DNA of 63,865 nucleotides, the filler included, from Welwitschia mirabilis (Eukaryota): the NCBI GenBank assembly GCA_051453625.1. It is 5 parts of one record of this genome, joined end to end, with 100 filler letters (N's around TTAATTAATTAA, not from the genome) between each part and the next. Parts side by side here need not be neighbours in the genome. Positions count along the whole stretch, not along the records: positions 12,543 to 30,060 come from JBOZIK010000001.1; 4 more parts are not named here. One strand, 5' to 3'. The position numbers and the translations under genes were made by a program. The notes below the pieces were generated by a model, which was not told the DNA's origin, ran no database searches, and worked only from the letters and a program-made list of their open reading frames with translations. Of the stretch, positions 14,389 through 27,501 are shown one piece after another; position 1 is the stretch's first letter, and each line of letters starts with the position of its first letter.

Positions 14389-15356
14389 TGATGGGTTCTT
14401 ATGTGGTAAAATAAATGCAGAAAATATTATAAAGTAATATGTTGAAAACAATACAAAACCTATGCTGCTATTAACCTAAAATAAGCTCACACCATTAAAT
14501 AAAGATAATCAAAGGCTTACTAAATAATTAGTTGAGATTAACCATTTAGTTCAAAATGCATCATTAACCATTTATTTTAAAATGCATCATTATGATTATG
14601 TCATGATGAAGTTACTTAAACTAGTCAGGTTGGTTTATTACTATTGCATTATTATGTACATATACTACAATAGGGGGAAATGAAGAAACTAGTAAAACAT
14701 GATAGAAATCATATGATACACTGAACAATAATTATTTTGTAAATACTGTTAATTATTCAAGTTTATGTTCAGCTGTAGAAACAAGAGCCAATAGAAATAG
14801 TATTACTTTTTCAAGTAATAGAACATGCACAAAATGATATTCAAATATATGATTTTCAGCGTAATATTGAGATACCAATTGTTACATAAAGATGTACTAA
14901 GTCTTTTTCATTTGTAGGTAACACTTTAGAGTATGGGAGATGCTCTTGTACCTTTTGTAGAATAGCTAGAGCTTCCCTTATTAACCTTCTTATTGAGTTT
15001 ATTCCTAGAGATTTTTGCCAAAAAGATCCCACCTTTAATGGTGATCACTTTCTTATACACCTATTTATTTTTCTATTTTCTTTCTTTACTTCTCAGGGAT
15101 AGGTTTATAATCGAGGTTTTTATTGATTTTTCATCACATCAGCTTACTTTCTTATCTTCATGCTAAATGGCATTCTGCATCTGTATCTCAATAATAAAAA
15201 TGTATATACTACCCTACTAACATACTAACTAAATAATAATTTCATTAGTGAGTACAAATATAAAGAAATACATATATTGTTATTTAAAATGCATAATTAT
15301 GAAAATTAAAAAATTTCATTACTAAGTAAAGTTTGCATCAAAATTAGTCATCATCA
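14389..15356 (-). repeat. 3' LTR of element B (~970 bp)
   Basis: Collinear with 34309-35257 and abutted by the reverse-complement PPT GTTCCCCAAGCTCAAG at 15357-15372. Confidence 0.9.
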
Positions 15357-16441
15357 GTTCCCCAAGCTCAAGGTTTTATTAGTCCCTTAGTAGACAAATA
15401 TATACAAAAGAAAGAGAGAAAGATTCAGGTTAGGAATGCTTAAAACACTAAATTTCGAAAGGATAGATCTCCTTTAGCATGTTCATAGTACAAGAAACTT
15501 AGTAAAGTAGAAGCTGTAGATTTTGGTTCTACCAATTTAGTACTTTATAATTGTCCATCCCTTTTAAATTTAAAATTAGCACTTTTAATCTTAATGATTG
15601 TATAAATGTGATCATGATTATCTTGGCTTACATTAACCACTTTATATTCTGTAGACCATGAATTTCTTATGTATAAGTCATAAAGCTCTGTATAAAAACT
15701 TCTTATTGAGCAAATTCCTTCTGAAAATCTAACCCATTTGCTTTAACTGCTTTTACCTCTTTGTTTCCTGGGTGATTTTCTATTTTGATTTCATTCTTCT
15801 CATGTTTGACTTCTTTTAGGTCCTTAATGATGTGGCTTACTGTTCGGTTTTCTCTAAAGAAGGGTTTAGGCCAAGTTTAACTTACTTCCACTAAATCTTC
15901 CAACACCTTTTAAGAGTCTCCTAAGGTTTGGTTTAAGAGGTTACCTCTACAAGAGAAATCTAAAAGTTACTTGGTACGACTATTTAATNNNNNNNNNNNN
16001 NNNNNNNNNNNNNNNNNNNNNNNNNNNNNNNNNNNNNNNNNNNNNNNNNNNNNNNNNNNNNNNNNNNNNNNNNNNNNNNNNNNNNNNNNNNNNNNNNNNN
16101 NNNNNNNNNNNNNNNNNNNNNNNNNNNNNNNNNNNNNNNNNNNNNNNNNNNNNNNNNNNNNNNNNNNNNNNNNNNNNNNNNNNNNNNNNNNNNNNNNNNN
16201 NNNNNNNNNNNNNNNNNNNNNNNNNNNNNNNNNNNNNNNNNNNNNNNNNNNNNNNNNNNNNNNNNNNNNNNNNNNNNNNNNNNNNNNNNNNNNNNNNNNN
16301 NNNNNNNNNNNNNNNNNNNNNNNNNNNNNNNNNNNNNNNNNNNNNNNNNNNNNNNNNNNNNNNNNNNNNNNNNNNNNNNNNNNNNNNNNNNNNNNNNNNN
16401 NNNNNNNNNNNNNNNNNNNNNNNNNNNNNNNNNNNNNNNNN

Positions 16442-17131
16442 GTTCATAAGTAGAGGCATAGTCCTCGTTAGGTAATTGTTAGAAGTTTGTGACTTCTTTC
16501 TTATGCTTCTGGATGGTTGTTTCACTCATGAATGTCTTTATGAAGGCTTCTTAAACTTGACTCTAAGATTTAAGGCTCTTATGGGGAATTGTTCTACGCC
16601 AAATTTTTGCTTTATCTCTTAAGGTGATAGGAAAGATAACAATGTAGGTTCTATCACTTATTCGTTTTTTACCCTTTTTGGAAGTAAGGATAAGTTGTTC
16701 AATTTTGATAATGTGTTGTAAAGGATCTTCATCAGGATCTCCACTAAAGTTAGGATAAGCATTCAAGTTTCAAAGTTCTACATCATCATCGGGAGGTAAG
16801 TCGAAAGAATTTTGGATTTCATATTTTTTATTTGCAATAAGATCTCTCAAAGTAGAATGAGTATTGGGTTGAGAAGAAGTAGAAGTAAGGGTTCAATAAT
16901 AGAAAGTGGATTTCAAAAGATAGGTTGTTTAAGCTTTTGATTAGAGGTCGACTTAGTAGCAAAATCAGACTTTGCAGAATTAAAAGTGGAAATTGCAGGA
17001 AATTCTAAATCTTACATACCTTCGCTATTTTGATCTATATATATTTCAAAATCTATCAAATCTTCTCTGATGTTTTCAGTAACTAAATATTACTCTCTCT
17101 GCTATTTTTCCCTTTTTCCAATTTTAACCAT
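16442..17131 (-). pseudogene. gag: Athila gag N-terminal region, disrupted
   Basis: Contains YPNFSGDPDEDPLQHI...IFPITLRDKAKIW (retrotransposon gag motif) and is paralogous to 53852-54450. Confidence 0.85.
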
Positions 17132-18466
17132 TCAGACTCTGTCTTGGATCTATGAAAGTGCCATCTCGTAAGTCATCTGGATAATAACCTGAACAATAGA
17201 AACACAAAAAACCATAGAAAGGGGAAAGAAGAAAATGGTAATGTCATTCACGTATGATGTCTGGACGACAGAGGGGTGTTAAGGATTAGTAGAAAAGAAA
17301 AAACCGAAACAAAAAACTTACAGTAGGTACTGGTACACCGCTGTTGCAGCAAACATTCAGAATATTCATCGAAGCAATGATAACTCTTAAACTCCAAGTA
17401 GCCTTTTCCGACAATGGCACCAAGATGTTCCGGTGCATATTTATGCAACGTTCATATCCTAATCTAAATCTTATTAATCACAAATAATATGCACAAAAAA
17501 AACACATTACTATAGATGAGAGTAATTCTGTTAAAGGCCAAAGTATGGAAATAAAAGAGATACTTTTAAGATAGAAATATGTAACTCTAACCTACAGAAA
17601 TAATTTGCAATGCATGGAAATGAAATAAAACACACTCGTGCAAATTTAATCTAGGAAAGAGAATAGCAATGCATCTAAACTAACTAAGCATAGCCTTGAC
17701 AAAGGTTGCCCTCATAATCTATATCACAAAAGAAGCTTGTCACCAAATCTTAAATAATATAAACTATGAGAGAAAAGATCATTGAACATAAAAGAAAATA
17801 TTTTATTATTGAAATGCTATCACATCTGCATTATAAATTAGCCATTTCTCAATAGAGAAAACGCTGCCCAATACCAAGGAAACATTTCTCTGAAATTACA
17901 GAATGGTTCTCAAGTCCTTCGATCTCCTGTCACAAGTATGTTGGTACTGTCAAAGATGATTAGAAATTGAGGGGAGACATTTATTTATAGATAGACAAGG
18001 AAAGGAAACTAATAGAAAGGTATGGGAAAAACCCTAGCTGAAATGCAAAGAAAAGTCACAATAAATGATAACAACTTGAGGGAACATTCAGTAAAAGTGT
18101 GAGAAAATAGTTTCATACTTTTGGTCATCCAAACAATATAGAAAACAATGTGGACTAATAGATAGATCTTTATTTACTCTCAGTTAACTACCTGTCTGAC
18201 TGTTATCGACTAGTTGGAGATATTATCCTCACTGACGTCTAGACGATGAGGTGGTGATGGTCTTTTATCAATCTTTAGTCAGTCTAATTGCTTGTTATTT
18301 ATAAGAATTATCATTTAAAATATCATTTATCCATATCTACACAAAATGCTTATAATTTATCTGGAAATTGCATGTTTTCATTCTTTTCATCCTAGTTCTC
18401 CATTATCATGGGAACTAAACATTTATCTACTAATTTACCTATAAAACAAATCAGAATACCCTATCA
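16442..18466 (-). mobile_element. Athila element C fragment (5' LTR, tRNA-Asp PBS, 5'UTR, gag start), nested in B
   Basis: PBS TGGTGCCATTGTCGGAA at 17406-17422 and LTR at ~17426-18466. The UTR and gag are homologous to 53374-54450. The left end is lost in the N gap. Confidence 0.8.
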
Positions 18467-18469
18467 AAT

Positions 18470-20400
18470 ACATGTAAGTTGGCAGTGTAATAGATATACT
18501 ACCATATTTTTTATTCATTTCTTGTCAATAATTTTTAATTCAAACTCCTATAGTAATAGTATCCATTTCATAATTCTTAAGTTTGCTTCTTTCTTGTTCA
18601 TCAAAAATCTAATGGCACTTTGATCCATATGAACTCTTACTTCATAACCTAATATATATCCTGAATTTCTCTAATGCCATCACTACTAGTAACAACTCTT
18701 TCTCTATTACTGTATAATTTTATTAAGCCAGTTTGAAGTTCTTACTAATATAGGCAATAACATAAGGTTTATTGTCTCTATCGATTTGCCCTAAAACTAC
18801 TCCCATACTAGGAATAGATGCATCAGTCATAATGTAAATTGGTCTTGTACAATTTGATCCTTATAAAATAGGTGCTAATAAAAGTTTATCCTTTAAGGTT
18901 TTATAAGAATTTTAACATTCATCAGTCTAGCCATATTCCACATCGTTTTGTAATAGGTTATTCAAAGGTTTAGAAATTTTACTAAAGTTGGACATGAATC
19001 TTATATATTATCCAACATATCCTAGGAAATATCTTAATTCTTTTAGTTTAGTTAGGAGTTGAATATCTTTGATATATTTAATTTTCTATTCATTAGTTTC
19101 AATCCCTTTGAGATATCTTATGTCTTAGCACTATGTCTTTTATAATAATAAGATGACTTTTTGACTAGCTAACTCTAAGGAATTTTTCTTCACATCTCTC
19201 TAAAACATTTTTTGGTCTATTGAGTGACTCCTCAAAATCATTTCCAAAAGTTTACAAATCATTCATAAATACTTTGACTGATCTTCCTATCATATCTTGA
19301 AAAATACTATTTACTAATCTTTGAAAAGTAATAGGGGCATTATATAGTCCAAATGGTAATATCTTATAGGCATAAGTATCCTAATGAAAAGTGAAAGTTT
19401 TTCTTGCTTGGTCCTATAAAGCTATAAGAACTTGGTTATAATCACTATATCCATCCAAAATACTATATGTCCAAATACTCTTTCTAAAACTTGATCTATA
19501 AATGAAAGGGAAAAACAATTCTTATAAGTTACAGTTTTCAACATTTGAAAGTCTATACATAATCTCTAATTATTTCCTTTCTTTACATCATCATGATGGG
19601 ACTAACTAATTCTAAATCAGATATAGGATAAATAAATTCCACATCTAAGAGTTCAAAAATTTCTTGTTTAATTATCTCTTACATGTATGAACTACATCTT
19701 CTTTCTAGTTACTTACTTAGTTTAATAAAGGTATTTAACTAAATTTTATGGTGATATATTTTTTTTGATCTATTGACCAGAGGTCTATTTGGAGCTACTT
19801 TGATATACTCTAACCCTTTATTAAGTAGAGGCTTTTCTATTTCTTGAGCTATCAAATCTTCTTCTTCATACTTTTCTTAATTTTATTTATTTAATATTAT
19901 ACTAACTTACTATGTTAGAATTGCATTGGCTCTAGCTTCTGTGTTCTATACCATCTCTTTAACAGTTACTGCATCAGAAAGTTTAATCTCTTTTTTAAGA
20001 TATCCTAGACTAATTTCCATTATTCTTCTCATAGAATAAATAGTAGCATCTACATATCCATCCAAAGTCTTCTCAAAATTATTGCATGGATATCTCCTTC
20101 AGTTTTTATTACCAATGAATTTATCAAGTAGATAAAACCTTAAAGTTTAATGGGTATATCCTTTAGAATTCATTCTAATGTTACTACTAAGTCATCTATT
20201 AAGTAGAATTTTTCTTAATAAGGTGTTAATTTTGGCTTTTCTAATTCTTTGTAAGTTTTATAGGTCATAACATTGATACTTGTGCCAAGATTCATAAGTA
20301 TTTCTACTTTGATTTTTCCATTAATTTTTATATCTATCATAGGTGTTCTAGGGTCATTATACTTTTTATGTTATTTCTTCTAAAAAATTACATGGAAGTC
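18470..20400 (-). pseudogene. pol: Element B pol: protease, reverse transcriptase and RNase H, heavily degraded
   Basis: Minus-strand motifs LMNLGTSINVM (PR, cf. LIDLGASINVM), [34 protein letters not shown] (RT), IMTDASIPSMGVVLGQ and ALEKFRIYILG (RH). Confidence 0.85.
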
Positions 20401-20721
20401 TCCAAAACTTGATCCTTCCTCATCATTTCAATTTGTTTTTTTTTCTTCCTTTCCTTTTTATTCTTTTATTTTAAACACATGCTCATCATTTGTTGTTAGT
20501 ACCTAGGCATGTCTTTTAATAACTTTAAAAGAGGTAATGTCTTCTAAATCTTTTGGTAAATATTCTATATTATTTTTAATTTTTGGATGTTACATTTATT
20601 TACTTCTCATTGAAAATGTAAAGGATATATTGAGGAATCATTTATTATTTTTCTCTCAGTATATTTCTCTTCAATATCTAGAGGGTTATTTAAATTTGTA
20701 TTCTTCTTTTATGATTCATAT

Positions 20722-22010
20722 TGTTGAGTTAATATTTTTTAATTTGATGTTAACCTAACATTTTCTATTTAGTAAAACATGTTGTGTCTTATGTAGAAAA
20801 TATTAATCTATGTAGGTTAGAAGCTAAAACATTTTATCACAAATTCTTCCTAAACCTAATAGTTTTCATACCCTCTAAGGGTTCAATTGGATTCCTAAAG
20901 AATTGACTAATTCTAAATCTTAAGGTATCAAAAACTAATCATCAAGGGCATTGATCAAATTACAAAGCAGTGGATAAGACCTAAACATCAAATCTTTTAC
21001 ATCTGATTATCAAAGAGTCAACTAGATTTCAAAGGAGTCGATCAGACCTAGAGTGAAATGTTTCCATTCTTTGTCAGTAAGGGGTCAACTAAACTTTCAA
21101 GAAGTCAATTAAACCTAGATCAGAAAATAGTTTTGCAATTTTTCTTGGACATGGAGTCAACCGAATGAATATGCAGTGACTAAATATGTGGTTGACTAGA
21201 CCCTGAGGGATTGATCAGATATGAAGCTATAAGAAATAGAGATATATTAAAAGAAGATAAGGGCAACTGATTTTAGTGATGGCACCAAATGGGGTCGACT
21301 AAATATTTTAAGGAATCAATTAGCTATGATAGAAATAGTATATTTCTAGCTATTTGAACATCCATTTTCATCTATTAAAGAACATTTTCACTTGTAAAAA
21401 CATTAAAAAATTTTCTTCTATATATTTGTAAAGAGTCAAAATTAGTGTACCACTTTTTACATCAGTTTTAAAATCATTTGAAGAATTGATTGGCACATCC
21501 TCTATTTGACCAAAGTTGAATAAACAGGAGTTGTTAGCATTTATACATAATCAATCAGTTGCACTATAAATTTGTGGATTATACTATCTTCTCAAGCACT
21601 ATAGTAATATCATTTTTGAGATATAGATCTAGTGGAACTTATGCATTATGATACACCATTATTATCACATCATATTCTTTCTAAAGGTTGAGACTAAGCC
21701 TTAAGAAACTCTGATTGTAAAGATTATAGGTAAATCTAAAATACTTGAAAAGTGATTAATGAAGATTTAGATCAGGATTGGATAGAAGCTGATGATCAAG
21801 AGTAAAGTAGGGGGGTTTTCCATACCACTATCAATTATGTGTGCATCTCCATTGGTAACTTTATGCTTTCAGTACTTTACTTTCAGATTATTTTTTGTTT
21901 TTCATTTGTACAAATATTTTAGTATTTATTTTTTATGAAGATAGCTTGTAAATATATTTTTTTAATTTTTAAAGCCTATGAACTCACCCTCTAGGATTCT
22001 AGATCCTTTA
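20722..22010 (+). repeat. 5' LTR of Sirevirus D
   Basis: TGTTGAGTTAATATT start, GGGGTCGAC-type repeated motifs, collinear with 27502-28793. Confidence 0.9.
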
Positions 22011-22076
22011 TTTGGTATTAATGCAAGATAGAATCATTGTTAGATCCTAATAGGCCTAGACTTCTAAACCCTAAAA

Positions 22077-24140
22077 ATGACTAACCCTTTAGATGGATTT
22101 TCTACTAGTCATCCACCCATGTTTTATAGGATAAAATATGCATATTGGAAGGTTCATATAAGAATTTTTCTTAGATCCACTATGTCCACTCTAGCAAAAA
22201 TTAATGCCCTTGAAAATACTATAGTGGTAGCAAAAACTTAAGATCAATGGACCCCCACTAATAGATCTAAAGCTATCCTAGATGCCTATACTCTTAATGC
22301 AATTTTTTGTGTAGCATGTGCTAATGAGTTCAAAAGAATTGTGAACTATGAACATGTAAAAGAAGCTTGGGAGATCCTTAAAATAGCACATGAAGATACA
22401 TTTACTATTAAAAAGACAAAACTCCAAATGCTTATTTCCAAGTTTGAAGGCATTCATATGCATGAGGAGGAGATACTACAAGAGTTCTTTACTAGATTAA
22501 GAGATATCATAAATTCTATGACAAGTATAGATGAAAGAATGGAAGAAGTAAAGGTGGTTAAAAAATTGTTGAGATCTCTTCCAAAATGTTTTGAGCTAAT
22601 GATCATAGCCATTGAAGAAAGCAAGAACATCAATCAAATGATACTTGAGAAACTACAAGATAATATTCTAACTTATGAATTAAAATTTACTAAATATAGA
22701 AAGAAGAGTCTTGTTTTGAAAAGTATTTAGGAAGCATATAGGTCAGACAAATTAGACAAAGACCTTAATAATGAGGAAGTTATTCTTCTAGTAAGGAGAT
22801 TCAAAAATTTTTTGCACGAAAGAAAGAAAGAAGGTGAATCAAGCAGAGGATCAAAAAGAGGTCATTCCAAGTTCATAAAAGATCAAGAAAAAGGGAAGGA
22901 GATCCAATGGTATGTTTGCAAGGGTTATGGTCATGTTGCAAACAATGTTCAAACAACAAAAGAGATCAGAGGAAGTCAAAGACATCATCTTTTCTTGTTA
23001 CATGGGACAATGTAGATGATGAAGATAATAGCAGCTCAAGCCAAGAGTCAGATGGTGATTGAAGACTTTCATTCATGGAAATAGTTCCTTTCTTAAACAA
23101 CTTGCCTTGTTCATCTGAACCTGATGACTTAGATCTCATTGAAGAAAATTAGAATGAACTTAAAGACACATGCCATGAACTTTACTAGAGTGTGAAAAAT
23201 TGGCGAAACGTATTAATGATCTGAACAAAATAGTAAAGGTTCTTACCAAGGAAAAAGAGGAGTTGGAGATGAAGTACAAAATGGTCCAAACCAAAAACTC
23301 TGAACTTTCTCAAGAGATAAANNNNNNNNNNNNNNNNNNNNNNNNNNNNNNNNNNNNNNNNNNNNNNNNNNNNNNNNNNNNNNNNNNNNNNNNNNNNNNN
23401 NNNNNNNNNNNNNNNNNNNNNAGTTCATAAAAGATCAAGAAAAAGGAAAAAAGATTTAATGTTATGGTTGCAAATGTTATAAACATGTTGCAAATAAATG
23501 TCTAAATAATAAGAAAGATTACAGAAAGTAAAAAACATCATCTTTTATTGCTACATGGGATAATGTAGATGAAGAGAATGATAGCATCTCAAGCTAAGAG
23601 TTAGATAGAGATTGATAACTCTCATTTGTAGCAATAGTTCGCGCCTTAAATAACTTTCATTACTCATTTGAACTTGATGACTTAAATCTCATTGAAAAAG
23701 ATCAGAATGAACTTGAAAACACCTGTCAAGAACTTTGCTCAGAGTGTGAAAAATTGGTGAAATGTATCAATGATCTAAACAAAATAGTAAAGGCTCTAAC
23801 CAAAGAAAAAAAGGAATTGGAGACAAAGTACAAAATGGTTTAAACTGAAAACTTTAAACTTTGTCTAAAGGTTAAAAAAAACTTATCTCATTTTGTTAGT
23901 AAATTTTCAATAGTTTAACTAAGTTAAAATAGATGCTTTAGATATAGAAATCATCTCACAATAGGATAGGTATTGGATTCATCCCTCAAAGACCATGAAA
24001 TCAGCCCAATCAAGTATTATGGCAAAATAGTTTTATTTTAAAAATTACATGTCATCTATGTAATAAGTCTAGTCACTCTACGTTATTTTGTAATGCTAGA
24101 AAATTAATGCTTTATTCAAATTATATTAGCACATTTCCTT
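22077..24140 (+). pseudogene. gag: Sirevirus D gag (UBN2, two zinc knuckles, coiled coil), disrupted and partly duplicated across a gap
   Basis: MTNPLDGFSTSHPPMFYRIKYAYWK, KEAWEILKIAHE...KKLLRSLPKCFE, knuckles WYVCKGYGHVAN and CHLCNKSSHSTLFC. Confidence 0.88.
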
Positions 24141-24142
24141 TT

Positions 24143-25560
24143 AAACTTGTTTAATGACCAAAGTACAAAAATGTTATTGGGATAAAATAGATTTTCAAAA
24201 CTAAGTGTGATAAGAGAAATAATATAATTAAGAACAAAGTTAAATTAGTGACACATGGCTAAAATCAAACTAAAGGTATTGATAAAGGTGACACTTTTGC
24301 TCTTATAACTAGACTAGATAGGATTAGAATGTTTTTATCTTATATAGCCTTTAAGAATAATAAAGTTCACTAAATGGATATGAAAAGTACTTTTTTAAAT
24401 AAAACCCTTAACAAAGAAGTGTATGTGTAATAACCTCAAGGGTTTATAGATCCATATAATCCAGACTATGTGTATATACTTAAAAAGGCCTTACATGGTT
24501 TAAAGCAAGATCTAAGAGCTTGATATAAAAAATTAGCCACATTTTTAAATGAAAATGATAATATCCATGGAAATGTAGATAAAACATTATTTGTTAAGAA
24601 TTTAAAAAAGAACTTTATTATTATTCAACTTTATATAGATGACACAATTTTTGATGCCTCAAATGAATTTTTATCAAAATAATTTGCTAGTATCATGACT
24701 ATACACTTTGAGATGAGTATGTTTGATTAAGTTAGAATGTTTCTTGACCTACAAGTCAAACAATTAAAAAATGAAGTTTTTATATCTCAATCTAAATATT
24801 CAAAGGATTTAATCAAATGATTTAAGCTAGAGAATGTAAAATCAACTGACATACCTATGCCTACTTCTTGTAAAGTTAGTCTAGATGAACATAAAAATTT
24901 TTTAGATCAAAAACATTATAGAAGTATGATAGGAAGTCTATTGTATCTAACTACAAGTAGATCTAATATAATATTTAGTGTTGTCCTGTGTGCTAAAAAT
25001 CACACTTAACTAAAATAATTACACCTCCAAGCTATTAAAAGAATAATGAGATATATAAAAGGTACATGTGACTTTGGATTATGGTATCCAATGAAAAATT
25101 TATTTGATCTTGCAGGCTTTAGTGATGAAAATTAGGTTTGATGTAAATATGATAGGAAAATTACAAGTGATAATTATTTTCTTTTAGGACCTTACTTACT
25201 AGAATGGGCTAGTAAAAAGCAAAAATCTATCTCTTTTTCAATAGCAAAAGTAGAGTATATAGCAGCAGGAAGTTTTTGTACCCCTCTCCTTTGGATGAAG
25301 GAAATGTTAAAAGATTTTGGTTTAGTTTTTGAATAGGTGCTAATTTTTTATGATAATACTAGTGCAATTAATATTTCTAAAAATCCTATTCAACATTCTA
25401 TAACTAAAAACATTGAATTAAGACATCATTTCCTTAGAGATAAAGTGGAAAAAGTTAATATTTCAATTAATTTTATTAGTACTGATAGACAACTTGTTGA
25501 TATTTTCACTAAGTTCCTGAAATTTGACAACTTTATAAGACTTTAAAATGAACTAAGGGT
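24143..25560 (+). pseudogene. pol: Copia reverse transcriptase and RNase H of element D, disrupted
   Basis: KNVIGIK*IFKTK, MDMKSTFLN, LKKALHGLKQ, IQLYIDDTIF, YRSMIGSLLYL, FYDNTSAINISKNPIQHSITKNIELRHHFLR, QLVDIFTK. Confidence 0.92.
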
Positions 25561-25898
25561 TATTTATCTATAGTTTAACTGCTTACAAGATGATTGACTA
25601 GATCATTAATTCAATCGACCAGATGTGGTCAGTTGATCGATATAAAAACTTAGTCATCCAGACCTGAAGAATTATGACCTGAGTTTCGATAGGTTGACCA
25701 AATCATAACTTGATTGACTGGATCTATAGGATTACAGTGTAAAAGTTAAGGCGGTGAATCTAATTTTTTTAAATCTAACTTAATTAGCCTCTCTTATAAA
25801 ATCTTATGAAGATTAAACCCTTTCCATTCACTTTTGGCCACCTGTCGCTTTTAGTTCTAGCTTTTTCTTTCATGTTTTCTTGTCTTTAAAATGTTGCC

Positions 25899-26935
25899 AT
25901 GTGTTTTTAATGGTAGATAAAAAGAGCTAGTAAGCAAACACCTAGGTTTTTTTTTTTTTTACTCTGAAATATCTAATGAGGACATTGAAAAGTTTGCAAA
26001 GAAATTTAAAAAGAAACCTATGTTCTAAGAGCAGCCTATTACTTCTGGAGAACTACGAAAACTCAAGGATGTGGAAAGGCTTTTAAATGATCTTGATATT
26101 TGCTTTTTTTTTTTTATATCTCAAGAATGATATACCCTTTTCTCACTAGAATTTTCTCTTACAATGCCTCTTTTTATGCTAACTAGTACCCTAACAACCC
26201 TTGTTTTGAGGAAGAGGATCAAGGTTATTAAAAATCTCATTACTGCATTGCAAATCTCCTTAGAGGATATTATGAGGAATTTTAGCCCCTTTATGATTCC
26301 ATAAAGGACAAGGTAGAGGTAATAAGAGAACTTTGTGATAAGTTCCATAGGTATAAAACCACCCTCTCCACTTCTGTCCTTACCCCAAAGTATCATTTCT
26401 TGCACTTAGTTTTTACTTATAATTTCTTGTATTTAGTGGGTCACTATGATGAAATACTTAATTATAGAGTGTATTTGATGTATTTGATGAGAACTTAGCA
26501 TATCATTAATGCTCCTACCATTATGTTAAAAAAATTGATCTCTCAGTTGGAGTATCACAAGACTAGGACTCTTCCCTATTCAGTGTTGATTGCTAATATC
26601 TATGACCATTATAGATTCCAATTACACCCAAAGTTAGAAACCCTTACTCTTAAGTTATCCATTAAGTGTATGATGTTATCATGCATTTATAACTTTGTAG
26701 GTTCTAATAAAACCTTTAAATCTTCTTCTCCCATACGAGCCTCTTCTGAAGAGACTTTTTTATACCTAAAGAGGATAGATTCTTGTACGAGGCACATGAA
26801 AGAAGCTCTGATCATAGTAGGATATGAGATCATTAATACTTCTGAGGAAGATGGTAGCTTAATACAAAAGGCAATCAAAGAAGAAGAGCAAGAAGAGGAA
26901 TAAAAGGAAGAAGATTCTAAAGAAGAATCTAAGTA
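25899..26935 (+). pseudogene. Extra 3' ORF (env-like / putative plant transposon protein) of Sirevirus D, disrupted
   Basis: Lies between pol and the PPT. The motif TLPYSVLIANIYDHY resembles the LPYG-LLT-IF-HF motif of plant retrotransposon extra ORFs, and there is an acidic C-terminal tail (KEEEQEEE). Boundaries are approximate. Confidence 0.6.
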
Positions 26936-27501
26936 GAAAGCAGAAGAATCTTATTGATCTTATCTTCTTTATTGTTTTTCATGTTGTGCTTGTTTTTCTT
27001 CTTTCCTTTGTCATTGATTTAAAAAGAGGGAGAGATAATTAGTTATATTTTTATCTTTTATCATTTGAAATAAAACATTTTTAGTGTTTTTAGTAGTACT
27101 TCTTAGTTCTCATCATGTTCTAATGACTCTTGATGAGTACTTTTCTGTTGCACTACTTAATATTAAAGTAATGGAAATGCATTTTTGTATTACTATTGTT
27201 TTTAATTTTGATGTACATTTAATTTATCATGAACTATAATTTTTATCACATCTTAATGGCTATTAAATATCTCTTGAACTATAAATTTTATCACATATGT
27301 TATGAATTTTACATGCCTCATAAACTATGCTCAAAATTGTTATATTGATTTATCTTATTGTAAAATCTTTAGAAATGTTTAAATTAATTTACATTTTTAA
27401 TAATCTTTTACAAATAAAATGGAGAATTATCTGAGGAAGAATTTTTCCAAATTAATATTTTCAACTAAGTAGAGTTTACCATCAATATCAAAGGCGGAGA
27501 T

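Noticed and set aside
15480-15990. Separate extra ORF in B's 3' region (RNSWSTEYKVVNV...FKRDGQL)
   Set aside because: It loosely resembles an integrase C-terminal module and is bounded by a gap, so I cannot distinguish it from the end of pol.
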